A stretch of 64,000 nucleotides of DNA from Aigarchaeota archaeon (GTDB lineage Archaea > Thermoproteota > Nitrososphaeria_A > Caldarchaeales > Wolframiiraptoraceae): the NCBI GenBank assembly GCA_025058515.1, contig JANXDW010000049.1, forward strand, positions 2,588-66,587, given 5' to 3'. Numbering within the stretch: position 1 is the stretch's first letter; every line of letters begins with the position of its first letter. The notes below the pieces were generated by a model. The model searched no databases. It was not told where the DNA came from and was given only the letters and a program-made list of their open reading frames with translations. Shown here in pieces: positions 1 through 10,310 of the stretch. The translations under genes were made by a program, and so were the position numbers.

Positions 1-1270
1 AAGGAGAAGAATATAGTGAGAATACTAGTAGAGCTGATAAAATTATTGCTATCATACCCCACCTACTAGTGAACATTTTATATTCTACTTTGTTTAGACC
101 TAGAACATCAAGGGTTAATCGAACAATACAGACTCCTCCAACTACAGAGCTTACAACTAACATTACAGCTCCTAATCCAAAATCATAACTATCAGGAGTG
201 TATACTTTACCAACATACTCTATACTGTAGTTATACAATATGGTGAGAGATGAAGATAGCCATACAACTCCAGCGAGCATAAACCATGTAAACTTATGTA
301 CTATTTCCCCCCTCTCTAAGAATTTATTGTACAATAAGATTAGAGGTATGAAGATCAGCGTATGCTGTATATTGACTTTTGGTGAAGCAGCGAGGAAAGA
401 TAAGATGGTGCCTCCAGTTATTTTTATATATTCATAAACACCGTCTTGAAACTTCTTATATGATATCGTGATCACCGCAACGTATACGATCAGAGGTAAG
501 AACCAGAAGATTGAAGGATTAACTATAGCTGATAACGCAACCCAGTAAGTAAACGACCCAACACTTTCAGCATGTTGAAGAATATGTTTTAGATATTCAA
601 TTGGAGTACTTAAGAAAGGTAGAGAGACCAATAAGAAGATAAGAGCGGGAAGCATGAATAGATTTATGAATATTTTCTTCTTCTCCAATCTCCTAGCCTT
701 GAGAAGATATATTACTGTAGGTGGAATCAATAAAGCAGGTAAAAGTTTAACTGAAGCTCCTATTCCTATTAATAATCCTGCTCTCGCATATTTTTCATCG
801 AGTATAGATGATAATGCGGTAAGCATAAAGAAGACTGCAATTGAATCGAACATCCCCCAGACTGATGATATGAAGAAAGTGATAGGGTTGAAAAGCCAGA
901 TAGCTGATATAATCAATGCTTTCCTATCTCCGTAACCTAGTCTCAAAGCTATCCTATATATGAGAAATCCCGCGAGAATATCTGAGATTATAATTGGAAG
1001 TTTTATCAAAAAGATAGTAATATATAGATTCTCTATGATCTTATTGATGATTGCTGGAATGATTAACCAGTATAGCCAAGTAGGTGGATAGGCATAGAAA
1101 CCCCAAGGATAGTCTACTGGGTTCTCCAATAAGTATATGTTTATATTTGCTAAAGCTAATTCACCTGATTTCAACCAGATGTACATATCCCATGGATGTC
1201 CAAAGAAAGGAGAGATTATGAGACGAGGTATCAACGCCAACAGAAGAATGATCATAAGTCTATGATTCAT
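1..1270 (-). CDS. Integral membrane protein, GT-C/DUF2029-like glycosyltransferase-family candidate (partial, runs off the 5' window edge)
   Basis: Manual minus-strand translation from the ATG at 1270 (MNHRLMIILLLALIPRLIISPFFGHPWDMYIWLKSGELA…) gives a long multi-TM protein with no stop before the window edge. The ORF track contains no complete ORF ending here, consistent with an edge-truncated gene. The + strand ORFs 240..437 and 654..935 lie inside it and look spurious. Confidence 0.4.
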   Translation of the reverse strand, partial: MNHRLMIILLLALIPRLIISPFFGHPWDMYIWLKSGELALANINIYLLENPVDYPWGFYAYPPTWLYWLIIPAIINKIIENLYITIFLIKLPIIISDILAGFLIYRIALRLGYGDRKALIISAIWLFNPITFFISSVWGMFDSIAVFFMLTALSSILDEKYARAGLLIGIGASVKLLPALLIPPTVIYLLKARRLEKKKIFINLFMLPALIFLLVSLPFLSTPIEYLKHILQHAESVGSFTYWVALSAIVNPSIFWFLPLIVYVAVITISYKKFQDGVYEYIKITGGTILSFLAASPKVNIQHTLIFIPLILLYNKFLERGEIVHKFTWFMLAGVVWLSSSLTILYNYSIEYVGKVYTPDSYDFGLGAVMLVVSSVVGGVCIVRLTLDVLGLNKVEYKMFTSRWGMIAIILSALLVFSLYSSP

Positions 1271-1337
1271 CAACTCCAATCTATTGTTATATTAGATAAA
1301 CTTTAACCTATATATAATCATAATCTCCATAGAATTA

Positions 1338-2228
1338 TTGAAATGTATGATAGGTCTCCTCCAATTCTATCTTAAGAAAAGGTTTACCCTGTTCAGTGTT
1401 GGAGAAGAATATGAGAAGGCTGAGTACATAGTATTCGGAGTACCTTTCGACTCAACTGTAAGCTTTCTACCAGGATGTAGATTTGGACCTCTCGCTGTAA
1501 GATTATTCTCAGAGAATATAGTTTATCCAAGTCTAGCGGGAATGCATTCAAAGATAGCCGACTTAGGAGACCTCATCCCATCAATTAATGTTAAATGGAT
1601 GTTGAAGAGAACTTTTAAGATTGTTGATAAGATCTCTTCTGAAGGAAAGAAGCCTATTATAATAGGTGGAGAACATACGTTGACTCTTGCCTCGCTGAGG
1701 GCCATAGCTAAACATTCAGATCTAACGACTATAATCTTCGATGCACATCTCGATTTACTAGATGATCACATGGATTCTAGAGTAAACCATGCAACATGGC
1801 TTCGAAGATTCTTAGATAAAAAGAGAGGTAAAGTAGTAGTGATTGGATGTAGAGATTTTTTAGAAGAAGAGAGAAAGTATGGAGAAGAGAATCTCGATTT
1901 AATAATCTCAGCAGATTTAGTACATAGGTCATTAGATGAAGTATTAGAAGAGCTTAGAGGTTTATTAAAGAATTCTGAAAATATTTACATTAGCGTAGAT
2001 GTTGATGTTTTAGATGTAGGTGGTAGAATAGGTGTATCTAGCCCTTCACCAAATGGATTAACACCATCTCAAGTTACTAGATTCTTAGAAGTACTCTGTA
2101 GGAAAAACATAATCGGTATGGATGTTGTTGAAGTGAACCCTTTGATAGATATGGGGGCTTCGGCATCCTACGCATCTTATTTCATCGCCTACACATTATC
2201 TTCCCAGAAAATAGATGTAGGTTACTAA
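1338..2228 (+). CDS. speB: Agmatinase/arginase-family ureohydrolase
   Basis: The GGEHTLT, DAHLDL and SVDVDVLD Mn-binding motifs are typical of agmatinase/arginase. Size is about 296 aa. Confidence 0.75.
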   Translation: MKCMIGLLQFYLKKRFTLFSVGEEYEKAEYIVFGVPFDSTVSFLPGCRFGPLAVRLFSENIVYPSLAGMHSKIADLGDLIPSINVKWMLKRTFKIVDKISSEGKKPIIIGGEHTLTLASLRAIAKHSDLTTIIFDAHLDLLDDHMDSRVNHATWLRRFLDKKRGKVVVIGCRDFLEEERKYGEENLDLIISADLVHRSLDEVLEELRGLLKNSENIYISVDVDVLDVGGRIGVSSPSPNGLTPSQVTRFLEVLCRKNIIGMDVVEVNPLIDMGASASYASYFIAYTLSSQKIDVGY

Positions 2229-2353
2229 GAGACATGGTGAATTCACATATGTAAAAGACTAAGCCTTCAAGCTGAACTTTACTTACATCAAATAAGCATT
2301 GATCTCAATAAAAGTAAATAGAGAATACATAATAGATTTGAATTCTACTGTAG

Positions 2354-2905
2354 TTAAAGACGAGCCTTACCTAGAGCTCTTAATATCTCTTCTGAGATCT
2401 CCAATGGAATCTTATCCCTATTGTATTCTGTGAGAGTTACTAGTCTTTCTCTAGCAGCTCTCTTAACTTCATTTACTAGTAGGTGGGATGCTCTATAATG
2501 TACTGTTAAGACTGCTGGAATCTGATGTGATAATACTCTCCTTACAGCTGTAATGAAGTTATTACTTAGAAGCTCCATAGGTCCAACTTCATCTATAATT
2601 ATGAGTTCTGAAGAATTCATCCCCTCTAATATCCCTCTCACCCCAACTTCTTCTAGAACTCTTATATTCACACCATATTTACCAACAGTATACCCTGTCT
2701 TGAAATCTACGTGGGCCATGACCCCGCTCTCACCTGTCATTATCCTAGTTACCTTAAACCCTACACGCTTACTAGAAACTCTAATCTCCTCTGTATACAT
2801 TCCATCAATCTTTACTTTAGCTGATTCTAAAATTTCTTTAACCTTTAAAATAGCTGTAGTCTTCCCTGATCCTGGAGGACCTGTTAAAGCATACAGTATC
2901 CTCAA
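2354..2905 (-). CDS. THEP1/MJ1559-type nucleoside-triphosphatase
   Basis: P-loop GPPGSGKTT, then DGMYTEE…GF…IIDEVGPMEL. This aligns along its whole length with the THEP1 NTPase family at about 183 aa. Confidence 0.75.
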   Translation of the reverse strand: MRILYALTGPPGSGKTTAILKVKEILESAKVKIDGMYTEEIRVSSKRVGFKVTRIMTGESGVMAHVDFKTGYTVGKYGVNIRVLEEVGVRGILEGMNSSELIIIDEVGPMELLSNNFITAVRRVLSHQIPAVLTVHYRASHLLVNEVKRAARERLVTLTEYNRDKIPLEISEEILRALGKARL

Positions 2906-2916
2906 GCTAGATCACT

Positions 2917-3570
2917 CTAATACTCTTCCAATGTTGTTTGAGCTAGTTTACTAATAGTCTTCCAACTCCATCTAATGTATTCTGTTACATCACTTTTATT
3001 AGTCATCGCTCTTCTAATGAACTCTCTTGTTTTATGATCATGTGGATAACCTGAGCCGAAGTCACCGAACCTCTTTCTAAGCTTTTCAACCTCTCTATCT
3101 CTACAGATTTTAGCGATTATCGAGGCTGCAGCTGTCACTGGATAATTTTTATCTGCTCTATGCTCTACTATTAGCTTACATGGATGTTTTAACATCTCGA
3201 CTAAGGTGAGTTTGAATGCTCTTATATTTCTTGAAGGTGCATCAATGTAAGCTATATCTGGCTTAAGATTGTTTATTATCTCTGCAAATACTTGTGCTTC
3301 GAGATTGTTTATCCCTCTTCCCTTATTCTTCTTTGTTTGAGAATCAACCTCTCTAGCACTCAACTCTACAGTCTTCAAAGATTTAGCTATCTTGATTATC
3401 TCTTCATAGAGTAAAGCTCTTTCTTCTGGTTTAAGCTCTTTTGAATCTCTTACACTTATCTTAATAAGTTGATCTATATCTTCTTCAGATATTAATACTC
3501 CTGCTATAATCATCGGTCCTATAACAGAACCTCTTCCAGCTTCATCTAATCCAGCTATCAAGTCTAACAA
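2917..3570 (-). CDS. rnhB: Ribonuclease HII
   Basis: N-terminal DEAGRGSVIGPM active-site motif; 217 aa. Confidence 0.85.
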   Translation of the reverse strand: MLDLIAGLDEAGRGSVIGPMIIAGVLISEEDIDQLIKISVRDSKELKPEERALLYEEIIKIAKSLKTVELSAREVDSQTKKNKGRGINNLEAQVFAEIINNLKPDIAYIDAPSRNIRAFKLTLVEMLKHPCKLIVEHRADKNYPVTAAASIIAKICRDREVEKLRKRFGDFGSGYPHDHKTREFIRRAMTNKSDVTEYIRWSWKTISKLAQTTLEEY

Positions 3571-3690
3571 TAAAAATGATCATGGTAGCTTTTATATTCC
3601 CTCATCATAAAAATTGTACCTTAAATACATAGATTGCATAGAATAACATATCAAGACAATTTTCTATATAGAAAGGTATAAATCTACATA

Positions 3691-4716
3691 GTGCCCACTA
3701 TCTATAAGATGGAAGAATATATTAGGAGGGTTCAGTTAACAGGTAGAACAACATTATCCATATCTCTTCCTAAAGAATGGGCTGCTGAGATAGGGTTGAA
3801 GCCTGGAAGCTTGGTAAGATTAATACCGAGAAGTGGTCTAGGATTGATCTTAACACCTGATGTTCTAGAAGAGAGTAGAAGAGAAGCTAGACTCTTAGTG
3901 AAAGAAGATACGAAGGCTGATACATTACTCAGAGAACTTATATCTATCTACTTAGCAGGCTATGATATTATTAAGATAGAGTTCTCGGTTCCTCAATCCT
4001 ACTTAAAACTGTATATAAAACAAAACATGAGGAAAAAGCTGATGGGTATGGAGATCTTGAATGAGAGCATGATGGAGATGTTACTCCAATGCTTCGCTAA
4101 ACATCTTGAATTACCATTAGAAGAAGCATTAAAGAGACAAGCAGAACTTGCAGCATCTATGCAGAGAGATGCAACAACCTCTCTACTCTTAGGAGATCGA
4201 GAATTAGCTGAAGAAGTAATCCAGAGAGATGATGAAGTAGACAAGTTATTCTATTTCATTAGTAGGCAACTTAATCTTGCTGCTGAACTTCCTCAGATCC
4301 TACATGAACTTAAGATAAAGAATGCTATGGCTTGCTTAAGCTACGCTATAATAACCAAGGCAATTGAGAGAATAGGAGACCATGCATCCAATATAGCAAG
4401 CATCTCATTAAACATTGATGAAAAGATAGATGAAGAACTAGCTATAGAGATAAAGAGGCTAGATGAACATGTAAAGAACATGTTTCTTGAAAGTATCGGA
4501 GTCTTATTAAAGAAAGATAAGAAAGAAGCGAATATCTTGATCGAAGAATTAGAGAAAGTAAAGAAGTTACATGCTGAGCTTCTTGAAAAGATTGTCAAGC
4601 GTAAGAACAATGCCAAGAATACTTCACTCTTGAGAACAGCCTTAGGAGCTTGGACGAGAATAGCTGAATACAGTGTAGATATAGCTGAGCAGACAATATT
4701 CCTATCACTTCTCTAA
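3691..4716 (+). CDS. PhoU-domain protein with N-terminal AbrB/SpoVT-like domain (phosphate uptake regulator homolog)
   Basis: N-terminal LTGRTTLSISLPKEWAAEIGLKPGSLVRLIP resembles a swapped-hairpin AbrB domain. The C-terminal half has PhoU-like helical repeats (…ERIGDHASNIA…). Confidence 0.55.
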   Translation: MPTIYKMEEYIRRVQLTGRTTLSISLPKEWAAEIGLKPGSLVRLIPRSGLGLILTPDVLEESRREARLLVKEDTKADTLLRELISIYLAGYDIIKIEFSVPQSYLKLYIKQNMRKKLMGMEILNESMMEMLLQCFAKHLELPLEEALKRQAELAASMQRDATTSLLLGDRELAEEVIQRDDEVDKLFYFISRQLNLAAELPQILHELKIKNAMACLSYAIITKAIERIGDHASNIASISLNIDEKIDEELAIEIKRLDEHVKNMFLESIGVLLKKDKKEANILIEELEKVKKLHAELLEKIVKRKNNAKNTSLLRTALGAWTRIAEYSVDIAEQTIFLSLL

Positions 4717-4783
4717 GTATAAAATCTCAAAGATAGTAATAGAAAATTCTTATAAACAGGATAGATCAACAAAATGTAGAGAG

Positions 4784-5587
4784 ATGCCGAGACGTATCAT
4801 TATCAAGACTAGAGAATCTGGAGAAGAGAAAGAAGTTCCAATTATAGAGCCTATAAAAGAAGAGAAGCTTGAACCTAAGCAAGATGTTGAAAAAGTTGAG
4901 GAAGAGGTACTTACAATAAAACCTCTAATCTTAGAAGAAGATAGAGAAATAAGCGAGGCAGAGATCGATGCTGAAACATCTTATGATGCATTAAAGAAGA
5001 AGATAGAAGAGATAAAGACTAGAGAGAAGGTTACACAGCAGAAGTTCAAGGACCAGCTTGATATGAGTGTAGCTATACTCAAGAAGATACTCCAGAAATG
5101 GGATGCTTTAAGAGAAGAAGTTAGAAAAAACATCTCAGAAGGGATTGATAAGTATAGAAGACTTAGAGCTTTATATGAAGCGAGGTTCTCGAGAATTGAA
5201 GAAGAATTATACTTTAATCAGATAGAATTAGATACTCTTAGACAATTAGAAGAACAAGGTGAGCCTATATCGGTCTCGAAAAAAGAAGAATTGGAGAAGA
5301 TGGTCCCTGAATTAGTAAAAGAATTAACTAAAACAGATACTAAAATGAAAGAAGTCGATGCCAAGATAGAGCAGCTTAAGAACATGCTTAACAATATCTA
5401 TGAAACTACATCATACAAAGAGCTATCTGTTAAATTATTTGAAGAGATGGTTGCCATGGTTGAAGATAGGCTTGGAGATGAAACTATACCGAAGTTAAGA
5501 GCGCAGATAGATAGCATAGCTCAACGTGAAGGGATTCCTAGAGAATATGCAACGATATATGTTTGGAAGAAGTTGAAGAGAGCCTAG
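4784..5587 (+). CDS. Glu/Lys-rich coiled-coil protein, function unknown
   Basis: Highly charged, heptad-like sequence with no recognisable catalytic motif. Confidence 0.3.
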   Translation: MPRRIIIKTRESGEEKEVPIIEPIKEEKLEPKQDVEKVEEEVLTIKPLILEEDREISEAEIDAETSYDALKKKIEEIKTREKVTQQKFKDQLDMSVAILKKILQKWDALREEVRKNISEGIDKYRRLRALYEARFSRIEEELYFNQIELDTLRQLEEQGEPISVSKKEELEKMVPELVKELTKTDTKMKEVDAKIEQLKNMLNNIYETTSYKELSVKLFEEMVAMVEDRLGDETIPKLRAQIDSIAQREGIPREYATIYVWKKLKRA

Positions 5588-5727
5588 ATTTAAATCGATG
5601 AATAATCTAGAAGATCATTAGAAACCTCTAGAAAAGATTGGTCCTCATTCTGTTCTATCCACTACATCCATGTTTGTAACAATTAGTGATTAAGATATTA
5701 CAAGTTCTATAGGTTACTATACTATTC

Positions 5728-6129
5728 TCAGATAGCGGGTCTGAACTTGTATCCATAAGCTATTATCTTATCTGGATCATCCTCTCTTACTCTTCTAAAT
5801 GTTACCTCGACCTTCATACCTAGCTTGAGTTCTTCTGGATAGCAGTCTGTTATCTGGCTTAAGATCCTAGTCCCATCTTCAAGTTCTATGAATCCAATTA
5901 TGTAAGGTGTCTGTTCTTCAAATCCACATGGTGGGCTTCTAACTATTGTATAAGCTATCAGCTTACCAGTTTCAGGAAGCATCACCTTATTAAATTCTCT
6001 CAATCTACATCTTCTACATACAAGTGGTTTAAAGAAATGTACCTCCCCACAATGATTACACTTCCAAGCATTAAGTCTATATCTAAAATCTTTATGTCTC
6101 CAATATCTTGGAACCTTGATTCTGAACAT
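5728..6129 (-). CDS. DUF35 OB-fold/zinc-ribbon protein (scaffold subunit of the archaeal thiolase/HMG-CoA synthase complex)
   Basis: Zinc ribbon CNHCGEVHF…CRRCR plus an OB-fold tail. It sits directly downstream of thiolase and HMGCS, as in the archaeal mevalonate-pathway operon. Confidence 0.7.
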   Translation of the reverse strand: MFRIKVPRYWRHKDFRYRLNAWKCNHCGEVHFFKPLVCRRCRLREFNKVMLPETGKLIAYTIVRSPPCGFEEQTPYIIGFIELEDGTRILSQITDCYPEELKLGMKVEVTFRRVREDDPDKIIAYGYKFRPAI

Positions 6130-6133
6130 TTGA

Positions 6134-7285
6134 TCAGACCTCCTTCAATATAGATGTAAATGCTGTAGATGCTATTCCTCCAAGAGATTGAGCAAGTCCA
6201 GCTTTAATAGAATCTAGTTGATTCTTTCCAGCTCTATGAGTTAATTGTAGATGTAATTCTGCTATCTGGTATATTCCCGTGGCCCCTGCTGGGTGACCGC
6301 GTGCTTTCAATCCTCCAAAAGTATTACATGGGATGCTTCCCGAGAGGGTTAGTTCTCCTCTTTCTAAAAGTCTCCACCCTTCTCCTCTCTCTGCGAAACC
6401 TAGTGATTCTAAAGAGAGTACGGCCATAATAGATGTAGCATCGAATATCTCAATAGTCTTAATGTCTTTCTTCTCTATTCCAGACCTACTCAATGCTTTA
6501 GAAGTTGATAGACTTACTGATGGAAACCAGAGAGGATCTTCTCTCTGAAGAGGTGTCAAATAATCTGTTGCAGATTCTATCACTAGTTCTGTCTTTAATG
6601 AATCTAACTTTCTAGCAGTCTCTTCATTGACGAGGACAAGGGCTGCGGCACCATCTGCGATCGCTGTTGTTTCAAATCTTCTCAAAGGCTCAGCTACATA
6701 GGGTGAGCTTAAGACTGTGTCAAGCTTAATCTTAAATGGGTATTGAGCATGTGGAGCATTTACTGCATGTTCATGACATAGAACTGGGAAGAGAGCTATC
6801 TTCTCTTGACCTACACTATACCTATTCATGTATAGACTATATAGGAGAGCGTTGATCGAGTAGAATGTTGCACCTATGAATCCAGTATACTCTTGCCTCT
6901 CACCTATCATCATAGCTGATGTAACTTCTTCAGACATCCCATCCGACATCTTATCTACACCTACCACTAGAACAGCATTAGCTCTAGATGCTTCAATCTC
7001 TCTAGCTCCTGCGTAAACTGCCGCAGCACCGGAGGCAGATGCTGCCTCCACTCCCATAGCTGGGATACCGGATAGACCGAGCTCCTCAGCTAATAATGCT
7101 CCTAGATGGCTCTGCTCTTGGAGTACTTGAGATAGCATACTTCCAACATATATTGAGTCGACTCTACTTATTCCTGCATCATCTAAGGCTTTGAGAGATG
7201 CTTCAGCCATCAAGTACTCTAGAGATTCTCGCCAATGTTCATCAACCTTTGTTAACCCAACTCCAGCAACATATACCTTACTCAT
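6134..7285 (-). CDS. Acetyl-CoA C-acetyltransferase (thiolase)
   Basis: Thiolase fold: N-terminal MSKVYVAGVGLTK, C-terminal CNTFGGLKARGHPAGATG with the active-site Cys/His region. Confidence 0.8.
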   Translation of the reverse strand: MSKVYVAGVGLTKVDEHWRESLEYLMAEASLKALDDAGISRVDSIYVGSMLSQVLQEQSHLGALLAEELGLSGIPAMGVEAASASGAAAVYAGAREIEASRANAVLVVGVDKMSDGMSEEVTSAMMIGERQEYTGFIGATFYSINALLYSLYMNRYSVGQEKIALFPVLCHEHAVNAPHAQYPFKIKLDTVLSSPYVAEPLRRFETTAIADGAAALVLVNEETARKLDSLKTELVIESATDYLTPLQREDPLWFPSVSLSTSKALSRSGIEKKDIKTIEIFDATSIMAVLSLESLGFAERGEGWRLLERGELTLSGSIPCNTFGGLKARGHPAGATGIYQIAELHLQLTHRAGKNQLDSIKAGLAQSLGGIASTAFTSILKEV

Positions 7286-7296
7286 CTTCTAATCAC

Positions 7297-8406
7297 TCAC
7301 ATGATTATTTTACGCCTATTCTTAGCATATGTGATGTAATCTATGTAGGTTTTCCTCTCAATAAATTTTTCTAGAGTAGGTGCTAACTCTCTCTTCAATT
7401 CCACTCCATCTAAAACTCTAATGATGTATGAATCGCTCCCAGCACCTGAACCGAAGCTGGCCAAGAGTATCCTCTGACCAGGTTTAGCTTGATCTAAAAC
7501 CTTCACTAATCCTAGAAGACTGCATGCTGCATAAGTGTTTCCAATTGTGCCCGCCACCATTCCAGGCTTGACTTTCTCGATGTCTACTCCCAGTAGCTTC
7601 GCAGCTACAAAGGGGAATCTTACATTAGGTTGATGAAAGATTACATAATCTATATCGTTAAAGTTGTATCCTTCATCATCGAGAAGTGCTTTAACAGAGT
7701 TTACAATGTGATGAAAGTATGCTGGGTCTCCTGTGAATCTAGCAGTATGGCGTGGATATCTTTCATACTCTCTCCTCCAGAAGTCTGGAGTATCTGTAAC
7801 GTAAGATGTCCAAGCTTCTATCTCTGCTACACCTTTATCCTTATCTCTACCTATTATAAATGCTGCTGCTCCACTTGCAGCTGTATATTCCAAGGCATCT
7901 CTAGGTCTACCTTGAGCTGTATCAGAACCTATGGCTAGACCATAATCTATCCTACCAGCTTCAACTAAGCTTGAGATAAATTGAAGAGCTTCTGTACCTG
8001 CTTTACATGCAAACTCGAAGTCTGCTGCTGTAACTTTAGGAGTAGCTCCTATTGCTTCAGCAACTATCGTTCCACAAGGTTTTACAGCATATGGTTTAGA
8101 CTCTGTACCAACGTGGACTGCACCTATCCTACTAGGAGGTATCCCAGCCCTCTTCAACGCTATCCTTGCAGCCTCTACAGCCATAGTAATCGTATCTTCA
8201 TCTAAACTTGCCACAGCCTTCTCTTCTACAGGCAGCCCTGTCTGCTCCTCACCCCAGACGCGAGCTATCTCTTCAGCTCTTACCCTATATCTTGGAACAT
8301 ATCCACCATAACCTAAAATTATGACAGAATTCATCTTAACCATATAGTCTCTGAACATTAACATACCAGCCACATTATAAGAATTTACTATGAGAGCATC
8401 CGACAT
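7297..8406 (-). CDS. Hydroxymethylglutaryl-CoA synthase (archaeal type)
   Basis: ILGYGGYVPRYRV…E…VGTESKPYAVKP is the hallmark of archaeal HMGCS. It is in an operon with thiolase and DUF35. Confidence 0.8.
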   Translation of the reverse strand: MSDALIVNSYNVAGMLMFRDYMVKMNSVIILGYGGYVPRYRVRAEEIARVWGEEQTGLPVEEKAVASLDEDTITMAVEAARIALKRAGIPPSRIGAVHVGTESKPYAVKPCGTIVAEAIGATPKVTAADFEFACKAGTEALQFISSLVEAGRIDYGLAIGSDTAQGRPRDALEYTAASGAAAFIIGRDKDKGVAEIEAWTSYVTDTPDFWRREYERYPRHTARFTGDPAYFHHIVNSVKALLDDEGYNFNDIDYVIFHQPNVRFPFVAAKLLGVDIEKVKPGMVAGTIGNTYAACSLLGLVKVLDQAKPGQRILLASFGSGAGSDSYIIRVLDGVELKRELAPTLEKFIERKTYIDYITYAKNRRKIIM

Positions 8407-8501
8407 TAAGCGTTAAACTAAATGGAAACTATAATTAATACTACAATATGAGCTGGCTCCACGGAATCATGGAGTTGACATAGATGAATAATCCATGATA
8501 A

Positions 8502-9278
8502 TTATCCACTTTGTATACGTTTTAATAGATTTGTAATATATTTTTTTAATTCTACATAGTATTCATCTATCCTATCTATTTGAGATGAATGTGAGATAGG
8601 GAATTTTAATCTCACTGCTTCATCAGATATCCTTTTACTGATCGTTGAGAAGAATACATTACTAAGGGATCTTAACCTCCCATCTTCTGATAAAATACGC
8701 AATATCTGGAGAGAGGTCAAGATTATCAAGAAGGTCTTTGAAGGATTAGATTCAACAAGCTCAACTATCTGATCTATACTCTTCCTCGACCCACTAATAT
8801 TATACAGTTTGAAGATATATTTTTGAAGGAAGACATGATTAATGAAATCTTCTAGAGATTGATCTACAAAGCTTGAACAGTATAGTGCTACCGATGCACT
8901 ACTTGGAACTCTCTTAAGAAACTCTATCAACCCTTCAGAAGAATGCTTGATCGGAATATCTATACTCTCAGCTCCAAGAGAGTTTAGCAATGAGGCCGTT
9001 CCAGGACCTATAGCTACTGAGCGTATTCTTGCATATCTCCATGCAATTGGGATAAGGTCGTGAACGATCTCAACTGCTGTCTTACTCGTGAATACACTAT
9101 ACTCTATTCCTGTAATTTGAGAGAGAACTCTATTAGCTGTCTTTACAACTTCTCGGTCTATCTTAACCTTAAGAATAGGGATAATTTTAATCGATACTTC
9201 AAGATCCGCTAGACTCTTCACAATATTTCTCGAAGTACTCACAGTTCCTGGAAGTATTACTACTAGATCTCTAGTCAT
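8502..9278 (-). CDS. hemD: Putative uroporphyrinogen-III synthase
   Basis: A 258-aa ORF immediately downstream of hemC in the hemB-hemL-hemC operon. The family is poorly conserved, so the call rests mainly on position and size. Confidence 0.45.
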   Translation of the reverse strand: MTRDLVVILPGTVSTSRNIVKSLADLEVSIKIIPILKVKIDREVVKTANRVLSQITGIEYSVFTSKTAVEIVHDLIPIAWRYARIRSVAIGPGTASLLNSLGAESIDIPIKHSSEGLIEFLKRVPSSASVALYCSSFVDQSLEDFINHVFLQKYIFKLYNISGSRKSIDQIVELVESNPSKTFLIILTSLQILRILSEDGRLRSLSNVFFSTISKRISDEAVRLKFPISHSSQIDRIDEYYVELKKYITNLLKRIQSG

Positions 9279-9386
9279 CTCAGATTCTCTCTCATATCAA
9301 GAATATCTCTAAAGATTGTGCTTCTAAGATTGGATTTTCTCTTCACCCTAGTGAGGTCGAGTAGATGCAAATAGGTAAAGCAAGAT

Positions 9387-10310
9387 TTAATCATAGTAGC
9401 TTCTCCATTCTCTAATTATCTCTTCTCCACCTTCTCTCTTAAATGATTCAACTATCTTTGAAGATATTTTCTCCATGTCTTCTCCTTCTATAAACTCGTT
9501 GACAAGTACCTTCTTCTCATAATCGAGAGATACTGTTGAGACCGTTACATCTACTCCTCCTTTCTCTACTCTTGCACATACACCTATAGGCGTCTTACAT
9601 CCTACTTTAAGTAAAGAGATTATCCTCCTCTCAATAGATGTCTCCATCCAGCTCTTCTCATCGTTTATCGTACTCAAAATCTCTATCAATCTATCATCAT
9701 CTACTCTAGCTATTACAGCTAAGGCTCCTTGACCTGCAGGAGGTGTAAAGTCATCGATATTCAATCTCTTAAAATCTACTCTCTCTCCAAGCCTAATCAA
9801 TCCAGCTTCAGCTACCACGATTGCATCTACCAATCCGTTAAACATCTTCTTCAACCTAGTATCTAAATTACCTCTAATTGGGATAACTTCTAGATCTTTT
9901 CTCAAATACTTTATGAAGGCTTCTCTCCTTAAGCTACTTGTTCCAACCTTACTTTTCCTAGGTAGATCGATCAAGTCTGAACCGATCCTAGATGTTAATG
10001 CATCATACGGGCTGAGCCTTTTAGGTACAGCTACTATTCTTATACCTTCTAAGGTATCTGTAGGATAATCTTTAAGACTGTGAACTGCAAAGTCTATCTC
10101 TCTATTAATCAATGCTAGATCTATCTCCTTCTCAAATATACCTTTCTTCTGAATTCTGTATAATGGAGTCTCGAGATCTATATCTCCAGTAGTCTTTATT
10201 ATCTTAATCTCGAACTCCATCTCTCGGTATCTCTCTTTTAAACTATTGATGACTTCTTGAGTCTGTATGATGGAAAGCTTGCTACCTCTAGTTCCTACAA
10301 CTAACTTCAT
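9387..10310 (-). CDS. hemC: Porphobilinogen deaminase (hydroxymethylbilane synthase)
   Basis: N-terminal MKLVVGTRGSKLSIIQTQ is the canonical HemC start; 307 aa. Confidence 0.85.
   Translation of the reverse strand: MKLVVGTRGSKLSIIQTQEVINSLKERYREMEFEIKIIKTTGDIDLETPLYRIQKKGIFEKEIDLALINREIDFAVHSLKDYPTDTLEGIRIVAVPKRLSPYDALTSRIGSDLIDLPRKSKVGTSSLRREAFIKYLRKDLEVIPIRGNLDTRLKKMFNGLVDAIVVAEAGLIRLGERVDFKRLNIDDFTPPAGQGALAVIARVDDDRLIEILSTINDEKSWMETSIERRIISLLKVGCKTPIGVCARVEKGGVDVTVSTVSLDYEKKVLVNEFIEGEDMEKISSKIVESFKREGGEEIIREWRSYYD

Noticed and set aside
240-935. Plus-strand ORFs 240..437 and 654..935 from the ORF track
   Set aside because: They lie inside a long, uninterrupted minus-strand membrane-protein ORF (1..1270) that reads as a real protein. 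They are low-complexity shadow frames.
1523-4616. Antisense ORFs inside speB, the NTPase/RNase HII and the PhoU-like gene (1523..1705-, 2553..2954+, 3999..4244-, 4341..4616-)
   Set aside because: They are fully embedded in well-supported genes on the opposite strand, with Ser/Leu-rich shadow composition and no motifs.
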